DNA of 63,067 nt, filler included, from Anaerolineae bacterium (GTDB taxonomy: Bacteria > Chloroflexota > Anaerolineae > Epilineales > Epilineaceae): the NCBI GenBank assembly GCA_029262755.1. It is 8 parts of 8 records of this genome, joined end to end, with 100 filler letters (N's around TTAATTAATTAA, not from the genome) between each part and the next. Parts side by side here need not be neighbours in the genome. Positions count along the whole stretch, not along the records: positions 44,759 to 59,577 come from JAJCYU010000355.1; positions 59,678 to 63,067 come from JAJCYU010000360.1; 6 more parts are not named here. One strand, given 5' to 3'. Made by a program: the position numbers and the translations under genes. Positions 50,372 through 59,945 of the stretch are shown here, one piece after another (the first letter of the stretch is position 1; the number at the start of each line of letters is the position of its first letter). The notes beneath the pieces are model-generated. The model had not been told where the DNA came from. It was given only the letters and a program-made list of their open reading frames with translations, and did not search any database.

Positions 50372-50666
50372 CATTCGCGCGTGAGCGGCAACTGCCGCCG
50401 CCGCGCCGTTGAACCCAGCATGAGGGGCGGAGCCGCAAGGCTTCGCCCCTTGCTCGTTCGCCGCCTCTTCCGACCGCGGGGTCGTGTCCGGTTCCCGACC
50501 CGACCCGGGGTCCACGGGACGCATTCCATCCGGCGACACGGCTTCGGCCGATCCGAGGCACGGCAACCCGGTGGTTTGTCGCTCCTTGACAAGGCCGCTG
50601 CCCCTCCCGATAGTACGGCGATTCAATCGCAGCGCGCGCCGCGCGCACCGCCCTTGGGAGTTGCTG

Positions 50667-51758
50667 ATGCCGTGGTCGCGCCGGCTCCGTCGGCTGCATC
50701 CGACCGATGTGATCATGGGCATCGTCGGTGCGTCCGTGATCGCGGTCGTGCTATACGGCTCTTACGAGACGCTCCGATCCGGCCGCTACGATGGCACGGA
50801 TTGGTTCAGCTTCCTGGTGGCCGGCCTAACCCAGGGCAGCATCTACGCGCTGATCGCTCTGGGCTATACGCTCGTGTACGGCATCCTGCGCATGATCAAC
50901 TTCGCCCATGGCGAGATCTTCACCGCGGGCGCCATGACCACGTTCTACTTGGCCACGTGGTTATCGGGCAAGGGCTGGCTCACGGCCGACCGTTTGGGTT
51001 CCGCCGCCGGGGCCCGGGTGCTCGGCACGATCGTGCTATTGATCGTCTTCTCCGCTCTCATCTCCTCGATCGTGGCCGTCGTGCTCGAACGGGTCGCCTA
51101 CCGGCCGCTTCGTGGCGCCCCGCGCCTGATCCCCTTGATCACCGCGATCGGCGCCAGCTTCTTCCTGCAATACACGTTGCGCGGCCTCTACGGCTCGGGG
51201 ATCCGCCCCTACCCGGACGTTTCCGTGCTCAACCGCGAGCTCACCTTCGGCGGCGGCTATTCCATCGCCATGGACGAGGTCGTGGTCATCGGGAGCGCGT
51301 TCGTGCTCATGCTTGCACTTGTAGCCTTCGTGCAAGGCACCCGCACGGGTATGGCCATGCGCGCCGTCGCGGAAGACCGGCAGGCCGCGGCTTTGATGGG
51401 CATCGATGTCGACCGTACGATCGCAACGACGTTTGCCGTCGGTGGCGCGCTCGCCGGCGCCGCGGGCGTGCTCTATGCGTTGCTCTTCCGCCAAACCCAG
51501 TTCTTCATGGGCTTCATCCCCGGCCTGAAAGCATTCACGGCCGCGGTGCTCGGCGGAATCGGCAACATTCCGGGTGCCATGCTCGGCGGTCTGTTCTTGG
51601 GCATCGCCGAATCGATCGGTCCCTTCTTGTTCTTGGAGGGCCTCGGCATCCCGTCGCCCAATCAGCTAAAGGACGCGATCGCGTTCACGATGCTCGTCTT
51701 GGTGCTGATCTTCCGTCCGACGGGCATCCTCGGTGAGCGCGTGAGCAAGCGGGCGTGA
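50667..51758 (+). CDS. livH: Branched-chain amino acid ABC permease
   Basis: GSIYALIALGYTLVYGILRMINFAHGE, KAFTAAVLGGIGNIPGA. Confidence 0.93.
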   Translation: MPWSRRLRRLHPTDVIMGIVGASVIAVVLYGSYETLRSGRYDGTDWFSFLVAGLTQGSIYALIALGYTLVYGILRMINFAHGEIFTAGAMTTFYLATWLSGKGWLTADRLGSAAGARVLGTIVLLIVFSALISSIVAVVLERVAYRPLRGAPRLIPLITAIGASFFLQYTLRGLYGSGIRPYPDVSVLNRELTFGGGYSIAMDEVVVIGSAFVLMLALVAFVQGTRTGMAMRAVAEDRQAAALMGIDVDRTIATTFAVGGALAGAAGVLYALLFRQTQFFMGFIPGLKAFTAAVLGGIGNIPGAMLGGLFLGIAESIGPFLFLEGLGIPSPNQLKDAIAFTMLVLVLIFRPTGILGERVSKRA

Positions 51759-53593
51759 GCGCGCTCCTGGAGCGCGGCGCCGCGCGGGTGGGGCTGCGAC
51801 GAGGGTTGATCGGCGGGGCTGTCGTGTTGCTGGTCTCCCTGGTCGGGATGGTCGAAGCCTTCGCAAAGCGCTCGATCGTCCATGAATTGCTCGGTCCCCT
51901 CGGGGCCGGCCTGCCCATTCAGCTGCTCGATCTCGGGCAGGTTGCGTGGATCGGCGCCGTATTGCTTTCCGGCTTCGCCGCTGCACGTGAGCTGCTGGAC
52001 CACGGCGAGGATCGCCCGCCCGCCGGTCCCGCGCTTTTGGCCGGAGGGATCACCGGCGCGGTGGCCGGAGCGATGCCGGCGCTGCTCGTTCTCCTGGGTA
52101 CGCGCTTCGATCTAGCCGAAGTCTTCGACAAGGCGCGGCCGCAGCTCTATGCCCTGCTCTCATGGGGGCTGGTCGAGCGCGGCACCCCGAGCGGGGTGGA
52201 CGCCTTTCTCGCTACGATTCTGATGTGCGTGTTGGCCGGCGTCGTCGGCGCCGCGGTTCACCTTATGCCCCCTGCGCATCGCAAGGCGTTGGGCGTCGGC
52301 GTGTTGACGGTGTTGGTCATGGGCACGATCCAGGACCTGTTGCAGAAGATCGATTTCGTCGAGCGGACGGCCTGGTTGTCTGGGCTTTACGACGCCCTGT
52401 ATACCCGGGAGGGCATGGAACCGCTCGGCGCGGCGCTCTTGCTGGCGGCGGCGTCCGGCCTGCATCTCGTGGCCCCGGGGATTCGCGCCGCACGCGAGCG
52501 ACGTCGCGGCGATGCCGACGCCGCTGGTGACTACGGCGACGCGCCGCCGTCCGCGCGGGAACGAACGATGCGCTGGCTGGGGCTGGGGGGCATCGCGCTG
52601 CTCTTGATCTGGTTCCCCTTCGGCTTCGGTAAAGTGCCCGCGGACGTGATGGATCTGGTCGGTATCTACATCTTGATGGGTCTTGGGCTCAACATCGTGG
52701 TCGGCTTCGCCGGGTTGCTGGACCTGGGCTACGTGGCCTTCTTCGCCATCGGCGCGTACACGGTCGGCATCTTGACCACGACGGACCCGGATGTAGGGCT
52801 GCAGTTCGGGTGGTCGCTGTGGCAAGCACTTCCGCTCGTCGTGCTGTTTACGATCGTCGCCGGCGTGATCTTGGGTGTTCCCGTCCTGAAGACCCATGGC
52901 GACTACCTGGCCATCATCACGCTCGGCTTCGGCGAAATCATCCGCATCTTGGCCATCAGCGACGCGCTCAAGCCGTTCATGGGCGGTGCCCAAGGCATAA
53001 CGTTGATTCCCAAGCCCTTCGACCTCCCCGAAATCCCCATGCCCTTTGCCGGCAATCCATCCGAGGCGCTCATCGGGCGCCTGAACCCCGGCATTCAGCA
53101 AGAGATCTACTTTCCCATCTTGTTCGCCGTGATCGCGGCCGCCTACGTCTCGTGGCGGCTGCGCCACTCGCGCTTCGGCCGCGCCTGGATGGCCTTGCGT
53201 GAGGACGAAAACATCGCGGAGGCCATGGGCATCAACTTGGTGAGCACGAAGCTGCTCGCCTTCGCCACGGGGGCCGTGTTTGCCGGTATCGGAGGCGCGC
53301 TCTTCGCCGCCAAATTGGGCTCGATCTACCCGAGTTCCTTCGGCTTGCTCGTCTCCATCAACGTGCTTGTACTGATCATCGTAGGCGGGATGGGAAGCAT
53401 CCCCGGCGTTTTCGTCGGCGCGTTGGCCATCGTTGGTTTGCCGGAGTTGCTGCGTGAGTTTGAGGACTTTCGCCTGCTGCTCTACGGTGCGGTACTCGTG
53501 GTGATGATGTTGAAACGGCCGGAAGGCTTGTGGCCGGCCGCCATCGTCCAGCGCGAGCTTCAGCGCGAGTCGGACGCGACGGTGCTGCCATGA
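51755..53593 (+). CDS. livM: Branched-chain amino acid ABC permease with extended N-terminal TM region
   Basis: GLNIVVGFAGLLDLGYVAFFAIGAY, GDYLAIITLGFGEIIR, GGMGSIPG. Confidence 0.92.
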   Translation: MSALLERGAARVGLRRGLIGGAVVLLVSLVGMVEAFAKRSIVHELLGPLGAGLPIQLLDLGQVAWIGAVLLSGFAAARELLDHGEDRPPAGPALLAGGITGAVAGAMPALLVLLGTRFDLAEVFDKARPQLYALLSWGLVERGTPSGVDAFLATILMCVLAGVVGAAVHLMPPAHRKALGVGVLTVLVMGTIQDLLQKIDFVERTAWLSGLYDALYTREGMEPLGAALLLAAASGLHLVAPGIRAARERRRGDADAAGDYGDAPPSARERTMRWLGLGGIALLLIWFPFGFGKVPADVMDLVGIYILMGLGLNIVVGFAGLLDLGYVAFFAIGAYTVGILTTTDPDVGLQFGWSLWQALPLVVLFTIVAGVILGVPVLKTHGDYLAIITLGFGEIIRILAISDALKPFMGGAQGITLIPKPFDLPEIPMPFAGNPSEALIGRLNPGIQQEIYFPILFAVIAAAYVSWRLRHSRFGRAWMALREDENIAEAMGINLVSTKLLAFATGAVFAGIGGALFAAKLGSIYPSSFGLLVSINVLVLIIVGGMGSIPGVFVGALAIVGLPELLREFEDFRLLLYGAVLVVMMLKRPEGLWPAAIVQRELQRESDATVLP

Positions 53594-54546
53594 GCGATCT
53601 ATTGCTGGATTGTCGTGGAATCACGAAGCGCTTCGGCGGCCTCGTTGCGGTCAACGCACTCGATCTCCAGATTCCTGCGGGCTCGATCCACAGCGTGATC
53701 GGTCCCAACGGGGCCGGCAAGACGACGCTGTTCAACTGCATCACAGGTTTCTACCATCCGGAAGAAGGCGAGATCTTGTTGGGCGGCTCGCACCATCTCG
53801 AGTTCTTGCGCACCGACGAGATCACGCGCTTGGGCGTTGCACGCACCTACCAGAACATTCGCCTGTTCCCGGAGCTGACAGCCGTCGAAAACGTGATGGT
53901 CGGATTGCATGCGCGGCTAGAGTCTTCGCTGCTCGGCGTGCTCTTCTCCAGCCCTGCCACGCGCAAGGAAGAACGGTGGGCGACCGAAGAGGCGTTGCGT
54001 CTCCTGGAGGTCGTCGGTCTGGGCGGTAAGGGCGACGGGCTGGCCAGCAACCTGCCCTACGGCGATCAGCGGAGGCTCGAGATCGCCCGCGCTCTGGCCA
54101 CGGACCCCAAACTGCTCTTGCTGGACGAACCGACCGCCGGCATGAACACGGGCGAGACGGCATCGATGATCCGATTCATTCGCCGACTACGCGATGATCT
54201 CGATATCACGATCTTGCTCATCGAACATGACATGAAGCTGGTCATGGAGATCTCCGAGTTGATCACCGTGGTCGACTTCGGCCAAAAGATCGCCGAGGGC
54301 AAGCCGTCGGAGATTCTCGCCAACCCACGCGTCATCGAAGCGTACCTGGGGCGAGGCGCGGCCGAGGCCCTCGATGTGCGAACAGCGGCGGCGGCGCCCG
54401 GAGCCGCGCACGACGCGACGTCCGATGCGGATGCCGATGCGGCGGCCGACACGGCGTCCGATAGCGGCACGCCGCCCGGTCCCGAACCCACGTCGAGCGC
54501 CGGCTCGCAACCGGATCCGGTGGACGAAGGCGGAGGCAGCGCATGA
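53590..54546 (+). CDS. livG: Branched-chain amino acid ABC ATPase
   Basis: KRFGGLVAV, GPNGAGKTT, LPYGDQRRLEIARAL, LLDEPTAG, VIEAYLG. Confidence 0.95.
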   Translation: MSDLLLDCRGITKRFGGLVAVNALDLQIPAGSIHSVIGPNGAGKTTLFNCITGFYHPEEGEILLGGSHHLEFLRTDEITRLGVARTYQNIRLFPELTAVENVMVGLHARLESSLLGVLFSSPATRKEERWATEEALRLLEVVGLGGKGDGLASNLPYGDQRRLEIARALATDPKLLLLDEPTAGMNTGETASMIRFIRRLRDDLDITILLIEHDMKLVMEISELITVVDFGQKIAEGKPSEILANPRVIEAYLGRGAAEALDVRTAAAAPGAAHDATSDADADAAADTASDSGTPPGPEPTSSAGSQPDPVDEGGGSA

Positions 54547-55256
54547 GCCTGCTCGAAGTGGCCGGCGTCCATACCTACTACGGGAACATACACGCGTTGA
54601 AGGGCATATCTCTCGCCGTCGAGGCAGGCGAGATCGTCACGTTGATCGGCGCCAACGGCGCAGGCAAGAGCACGACACTCAAGACGATCAGCGGTCTTCT
54701 TCGCCCACGAGAAGGCGCGGTCCACCTCGAAGGCACCGACCTCCTGCGTGAACCGGCCCACGAAATCGTGCGGCGCGGAATCGTGCACGTACCCGAAGGC
54801 CGTCGCATCTTCGCCCGGCTTTCCGTGCGTGACAATCTGGCCGCCGGTGCTATCACCCGTGACGATAAGGCGGGGGTCGCGGCCGATATGGAGATGGTCT
54901 ACGAGACCTTTCCGCGCTTGCGTGAACGCAGACGCCAGGCCGGGGGCACGCTCTCCGGCGGCGAGCAGCAGATGCTGGCCATCGGGCGCGGCCTTATGGG
55001 CAAGCCGCGCGTCTTGCTCCTCGACGAGCCGTCGATGGGCCTTGCACCGATTCTGGTCGAGGAGATCTTCGACATCATCCGGCGCCTAAACGGCGACCAG
55101 GGGGTGACGATCCTGCTCGTCGAGCAGAACGCGCTGGCCGCCCTCGACGTCGCCGACCGCGGCTACGTGCTTGAGACGGGCGCGATCCGCTTGGAGGGCC
55201 CCGCAGCCGAGCTGCGAACCAACCCCGAGGTCATCGAGGCCTACCTCGGCGGCTGA
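54543..55256 (+). CDS. livF: Branched-chain amino acid ABC ATPase
   Basis: GANGAGKST, VPEGRRIF, LSGGEQQMLAIGR, LLVEQNA. Confidence 0.96.
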   Translation: MSLLEVAGVHTYYGNIHALKGISLAVEAGEIVTLIGANGAGKSTTLKTISGLLRPREGAVHLEGTDLLREPAHEIVRRGIVHVPEGRRIFARLSVRDNLAAGAITRDDKAGVAADMEMVYETFPRLRERRRQAGGTLSGGEQQMLAIGRGLMGKPRVLLLDEPSMGLAPILVEEIFDIIRRLNGDQGVTILLVEQNALAALDVADRGYVLETGAIRLEGPAAELRTNPEVIEAYLGG

Positions 55257-55366
55257 GCCTCGGAAGGTCCGCCCGCTCGGTTGCTGAAGGAATCTAGCAT
55301 CGCGATGGATCCGGCTTCGCCCTACAAACCGGGCGAACCCCAACGAGTCACAGCCCGCTACGCCGG

Positions 55367-56101
55367 CTACCAGCCGTACGTGAGGCGTGCGGCGAGTCGC
55401 GGCGGCAGCCCGGCGTCGAGGATCTTGGCCTGTGTACGCTCGATATCGTAGGTCACGCGCCGCAACGTGAAGGTGCGAGTCGCGGTGTCGAGCAGCATGT
55501 AGCTTGCGCGGGGATCGCCATCGCGCGGCTGACCAACCCCACCGGGATTGACCAACCAACGCGCGTCTTCTTCGGGACACTGCCCCTCATCCGGTGCAAC
55601 GGGTAAGCGCAGGGTGCCGTCGAGTCCCTGCTCGTAGAGAGCGGGCACGTGGGTGTGGCCGAAGAGACAGATCGCGGTCGCAAAGGCGTCGAAGCTCTCG
55701 TGCGCCACTTGTGCGTTGAGGATGTACTCCCAAACAGGGTGACGGGGGCTACCGTGCACGAGCGTAATGCCCAAGGTGGGGATGTCGGCCCGGGGCTCAC
55801 AGGCGAGGAGCACTTCGCGCCGCGCGCCGAGCAAGCGCTCGCCGGTCCAGTCCGCGGCGCGACGCGCGTCCGGATTGAAGTCGGAGACGTCCAGCCGACC
55901 CAATGCCGCCCAATCATGGTTGCCGGCCAACCAATGGCGCGGCGCCAACTCGAGCAGACGGTCGACACAGGCTTCGGGATCCGGACCGTAGCCGACGGCG
56001 TCGCCGAGGAACCACGTCTCGTCGCAAGCGCCCGCGTCTTCGAGCACGGCGTCGAGTGCTTCCAAGTTGGCGTGGATGTCCGAGAGGACGAGCACCTTCA
56101 T
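55367..56101 (-). CDS. Calcineurin-like metallophosphoesterase
   Basis: SDIHAN, GDAVGYG, GNHD, VHGSP, GHTH, NPGGVGQPRDGD. Confidence 0.93.
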   Translation of the reverse strand: MKVLVLSDIHANLEALDAVLEDAGACDETWFLGDAVGYGPDPEACVDRLLELAPRHWLAGNHDWAALGRLDVSDFNPDARRAADWTGERLLGARREVLLACEPRADIPTLGITLVHGSPRHPVWEYILNAQVAHESFDAFATAICLFGHTHVPALYEQGLDGTLRLPVAPDEGQCPEEDARWLVNPGGVGQPRDGDPRASYMLLDTATRTFTLRRVTYDIERTQAKILDAGLPPRLAARLTYGW

Positions 56102-56237
56102 CGGGCCTCCGGCCGGGAAGGACGACGGCGGTGTCGTCCCGGCCCGGCGTACATCCGGGCTCGCGCTAGGGTAGCACACGCACTGGGTCGATGCACGAGT
56201 CGTTCGTTTCTTGTTAAGTTGGCCTATACTCTCGGCC

Positions 56238-57065
56238 ATGGAAGCTCTCTTCGCGACCTTTGCTGATGCCGCACAGACCCGCGCCGCGGGCCGCCGCGTT
56301 GCCGCTGCGTTGCCCGCCGGATTGCTCGTTGGGCTGAGCGGGCCTCTCGGCGCAGGCAAGACCACGTTCGTCCAAGGCGTGGCGGAGGGCCTCGGCGTGG
56401 CGGGACCTGTGCAAAGCCCCACGTATGTGCTGGTCCGCGAGTACGGTGTCGTCGGAGGGGCCCATCCAAACAGCCGCGGCGTCGCACCGGATCCGATCGG
56501 TGAAGACAATCCGGCTACGGTCCGGGTAGGTGGTGTCGCCCCATTGCAAGCGGTCACGTCTCAAGGCGCGGCCGAGCCCGGGCTACCCACGCCGGAAAAT
56601 CCGCAGCGGACGAGTGCGCCCAGCCGGCTTGTGCACGCCGACCTGTACCGGCTCGGACCCGCCGACGTGGAGCACTTGGCACTAGACGAGACGGCCGATG
56701 AGGGCGCGTTGGTGCTCGTCGAGTGGCCCGATCGAGCCGGTGCTGCGCTGCAGCTCGATCTTCGGTTCGAGATCCTGCCTGTCCCGGGCACGGAGCGAGA
56801 GACCGATCAACCTGCGCCTTCGACGGACGACGAATCGAAGTCATCCGAATCTCACAACGGTGACGTTGAATTCGAGGCGTCGGAACCACGAATGATCCGC
56901 CTCATCGCCCTGAGCGAAAGAGGCCGCCGGGTTTGCGCACAGATTGCAGCGCAGCGGCTACTTGCGGAGCACGAACCAAGCGGGGCGGCCGCCGGAGGCG
57001 CAACAGCCGCGTCCGGCGCGTCCAGACGAGCGATTGCGGATGCCGGCACGGGGCGCCGGGCATGA
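56238..57065 (+). CDS. tsaE: tRNA t6A biosynthesis ATPase TsaE, with large insertions
   Basis: GPLGAGKTT, VQSPTY, HADLYRL, LVEWP; upstream of tsaB. Confidence 0.9.
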   Translation: MEALFATFADAAQTRAAGRRVAAALPAGLLVGLSGPLGAGKTTFVQGVAEGLGVAGPVQSPTYVLVREYGVVGGAHPNSRGVAPDPIGEDNPATVRVGGVAPLQAVTSQGAAEPGLPTPENPQRTSAPSRLVHADLYRLGPADVEHLALDETADEGALVLVEWPDRAGAALQLDLRFEILPVPGTERETDQPAPSTDDESKSSESHNGDVEFEASEPRMIRLIALSERGRRVCAQIAAQRLLAEHEPSGAAAGGATAASGASRRAIADAGTGRRA

Positions 57066-57751
57066 TCAGCGATTCCGATCTTTGGCTCGCCATCGATACC
57101 GCGAGTGCGGAAGCGTCCGTGGCGCTATGCAACGGCCACTCGATCCTCGCGGAACAGAATTGGCGCAGTCGACGCAACCACACACGCGAGCTAGGCCCAC
57201 GTGTCCAAGCGATGCTCACCGAAAACGAGCTGCCCGCGACGGCCCTGCGCGGTATCGCGGTCGCGGTAGGGCCCGGTTCCTACACTGGGCTTCGAATCGG
57301 CCTGTCGCTGGCCAAGGGCTTGGCTCTCGCCGCGGACGCGAAGCTCGTCGGCGTGCCCACGCTGCACGCGCTTGCCGCCCCGCTTTCGCCACCCTGGTCG
57401 TCGCGAACCACGACCTTGTGGTCCGTACTCCAGGCAGGACGCGGCCGCGTGGTCGCCGCCGCCTACCCGCCGGTCGGCCCCAGCCATGACGCTTGGCCCG
57501 ACCCGTCTACGCTGACCGTCAGCACCGTTCCCGCGTTGGCCGGTTTGGTTGCTCCCGGCGACTGGGTGGCCGGAGAGCTCGGCGCCGACGACGCTCAGCG
57601 GCTCGCGGAAGCGGGCGCACGTGTGGTTGCGCCGCCGCTCGCCGTGCGCCGCGCTGCATGGCTTGCCACGCTCGGGCGGGTTGCGGTGGCCAACGGCGAC
57701 GGAGGCGATCCCGCCACCGTCGAACCAATCTACCCCGGCGGCGCGCCGTGA
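57062..57751 (+). CDS. tsaB: tRNA t6A biosynthesis protein TsaB
   Basis: LAIDTAS, GPGSYTGLRIG, VEPIY. Confidence 0.94.
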   Translation: MISDSDLWLAIDTASAEASVALCNGHSILAEQNWRSRRNHTRELGPRVQAMLTENELPATALRGIAVAVGPGSYTGLRIGLSLAKGLALAADAKLVGVPTLHALAAPLSPPWSSRTTTLWSVLQAGRGRVVAAAYPPVGPSHDAWPDPSTLTVSTVPALAGLVAPGDWVAGELGADDAQRLAEAGARVVAPPLAVRRAAWLATLGRVAVANGDGGDPATVEPIYPGGAP

Positions 57752-58347
57752 CGTCGGGTCAACGCGCTACGCCGCCAGCTGAATCTGCCGCGTCCTGCCG
57801 CGTGCGCTCAGCGACAGCCGACGATCTCGACGCGGTCGTTGCACTGCATGCACGCTGCTTTCCGAGCCCCCTGCCCGAGGCCTATCTTCGCCGTGAGCTG
57901 GTGGAAAATCCGCTGACCCAGTATTGGGTTGCGGAAACCATGGCAAGCACGACAAACGAAGCGAGCGAGGAATCGCCGGTGGAGGTGTCCCTACTTGCTC
58001 CCGCTCGCTCGACCACCCGATCCGCCGATGAGCACGGCGCAACGGTGATCGGATACCTTTCGACCTGGTGGCTGGTGGACGAAGCGCACATCTCCGCGAT
58101 TGCGGTCTACCCTGCGCACCGTCGGAGAGGCACCGCGCGGGCGTTGGTGGCGGCCCTGATCGCCGAGGCTCGGCGGCGCAACATGGTGCTGGTCACACTC
58201 GAAGTCCGGGAGGGCAACACGGCCGCCTTGCGCTTGTATCGAGGCCTGGGCCTCAGCCTTGTCGGTCGGCGCGCAGGGTATTACCAGGATACCGGCGAAG
58301 ACGCGCTCATCCTGACGCTGCAATTGCCCGTGCTCGCTTCCGGCTAA
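57748..58347 (+). CDS. rimI: Ribosomal-protein-alanine N-acetyltransferase
   Basis: VDEAHISAIAV..HRRRGTA, TLEVREGN..A..LY, RRAGYYQDTGEDA. Confidence 0.92.
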   Translation: MTSGQRATPPAESAASCRVRSATADDLDAVVALHARCFPSPLPEAYLRRELVENPLTQYWVAETMASTTNEASEESPVEVSLLAPARSTTRSADEHGATVIGYLSTWWLVDEAHISAIAVYPAHRRRGTARALVAALIAEARRRNMVLVTLEVREGNTAALRLYRGLGLSLVGRRAGYYQDTGEDALILTLQLPVLASG

Positions 58348-58376
58348 ATCCGGGCTCGGCAACCCAACGGCGTGAG

Positions 58377-58727
58377 CTACAAGCCGAGAAAGGGCGGATA
58401 GAAGGCCGACGCGAGCAGCGTGAGCCCGGCGATAAACCACGGGCTGTCGAAGGGTACGAGACGGTCGATCCAGCGAAATGCGCCGAGACGCTCGACGCGA
58501 TCGCCTTGCGTGCGGCGCAGGAACACGCCGACAAGCCCTGGTGGGTCCGCAGCGTCACTCACGCGGATGATGGCGGCGATACACACCACGCCCAGCCCCA
58601 CCAAGAATATTCGGCCACCCGTCTCGGCCGGCGGCGTTCCGCGCATCCAGCCGAAGGAGGTGAGCGCTACCGCGAGCGCAAAACCGGTCGCGACGCCGTC
58701 GCCCAAGGACTCCGTGTAGCTTCGCAT
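58377..58727 (-). CDS. Hypothetical small membrane protein
   Basis: 116 aa with three hydrophobic segments; fills the gap convergent to rimI. Confidence 0.55.
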   Translation of the reverse strand: MRSYTESLGDGVATGFALAVALTSFGWMRGTPPAETGGRIFLVGLGVVCIAAIIRVSDAADPPGLVGVFLRRTQGDRVERLGAFRWIDRLVPFDSPWFIAGLTLLASAFYPPFLGL

Positions 58728-58839
58728 CGCGCGATCGTATCGCCGGCCATCACTCGTGGCAAGGCGGCCGGGGGCCGGGCGTCGGCTTCGGATGCCGGGG
58801 CACCCTTGCTTCGGTCATCGTTGTGTTGGCCGAGCCTTA

Positions 58840-58874
58840 ACGAAAGACCGGCGCCGAAGATTCGACGCCGGTCT
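58840..58874 (-). terminator. Probable intrinsic terminator
   Basis: Minus strand AGACCGGCGTCGAA-TC-TTCGGCGCCGGTCT hairpin followed by TTCGTT. Confidence 0.55.
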
Positions 58875-58937
58875 AGGTTGATTGGGTGATTGCTCTGTGT
58901 CGTGGCCAAGAGTCGGGTCTTGCCCGTGTCATCGGCC

Positions 58938-59015
58938 TCAACCGCGCGAAAGACCGAGGGTTTCACACCAAGCCAAGAGCAACATCACGCTGAGAATCAA
59001 GATTCCGGTACTCAT
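58938..59015 (-). CDS. Putative 25-aa hydrophobic small protein (MSTGILILSVMLLLAWCETLGLSRG)
   Basis: GGAGG 7 nt before the ATG; downstream terminator-like hairpin; below the ORF-track size cutoff. Confidence 0.45.
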   Translation of the reverse strand: MSTGILILSVMLLLAWCETLGLSRG

Positions 59016-59577
59016 GATCAAGCCTCCAAGATGGGGTCCAAGTGCGTTTCAACTACTGGATAGGACGCGCTGGTCTGCAAAAGGGTACGGCCGACTTGCA
59101 AATTGGTTCCGGCTACTCGGATATTGGTCCGTAAGGGAGAGACCATTGGGGGCGCAGTAGGAGCACATTGGGCACTTTCACACCCACGCCGCGACAGACG
59201 CACCGTCGGTCCTTCGCGATCGACGCTCGTTCGCATTGCGACTCTCCCGGGCCTTGGGAGTCGAATGGTCTCTCCGGAAGCAACGCACGCACCCCGAAAT
59301 GGCACGTCGCCGGGCTTGGAGGCCCGGCGACGGCGCAATGGAGGAGGAGAGGAACTCGCTCTGTTCGAGGGTGTCAAGCGGGGCCGTTTCAGCCTCGGCC
59401 GCACCGCTCACACCACACCAGGGTAAGCGCGATTCCAAAAAGGAACATGCTACTAACCATGTTGTGCCTCCCTGCCCGAGGGCACCGCAAACAAGAGCGA
59501 ATCCAATCTAAAGCCTATGACGAACCAATCTTCAAAACGATACGGGAGAACCTCGCCTGCCCCTCAGCCTTCGCCGT

Positions 59578-59677
59578 NNNNNNNNNNNNNNNNNNNNNNN
59601 NNNNNNNNNNNNNNNNNNNNNTTAATTAATTAANNNNNNNNNNNNNNNNNNNNNNNNNNNNNNNNNNNNNNNNNNNN
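59578..59677. other. Artificial contig spacer
   Basis: N44-TTAATTAATTAA-N44. Confidence 0.99.
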
Positions 59678-59769
59678 CCGAGGATGATGTAGAGCGAAAG
59701 TTGCTCAAACGAATCCAGTTGTACGTCGATAGAGCCGCCTTCTACGGCGAGATACAAAGGTCCAGGCAT
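59678..59769 (-). CDS. N-terminus of a truncated membrane protein (MPGPLYLAVEGGSIDVQLDSFEQLSLYIILG)
   Basis: GGAGG RBS and a frame open to the contig edge. It loosely recalls actinobacterial membrane pyrophosphatase N-termini but is too short to call. Confidence 0.45.
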
Positions 59770-59945
59770 GCGGGGTGAGCCTCCGTCGGTTTGCGATTGA
59801 TGCTTAGCAGCCCTATTAGGGCGCAGGATGGTTTCCGCCGGGGCCGATTATACCTACGTTGCTCCGGCGCATTGTCCCCAACACTTCCCAATTTCCCCGG
59901 CCCGGGTTGAGTCTTGGTCCGGCATTGGGGCAGAATGCATTCCCC

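Noticed and set aside
50586..50614. Internal promoter TTGACA-N17-GATAGT before livH
   Set aside because: Perfect -35 but weak -10. Not supportable without transcript data.
41741..50722. Long ORFs 41741-43042 (+), the 45003-45845 part of the infA ORF, and 48728-50722 (-)
   Set aside because: Antisense to metK, the PP2C gene and the liv binding-protein gene respectively.
56440..56630. Intein in TsaE
   Set aside because: The insert lacks an N-terminal Cys/Ser block and a C-terminal His-Asn followed by Cys/Ser/Thr, and it is too short and low-complexity.
9547..59633. Recurrent TTAATTAATTAA palindrome
   Set aside because: Always centred in a 100-nt N spacer. It is a synthetic six-frame stop linker, so adjacency across spacers carries no biological meaning.
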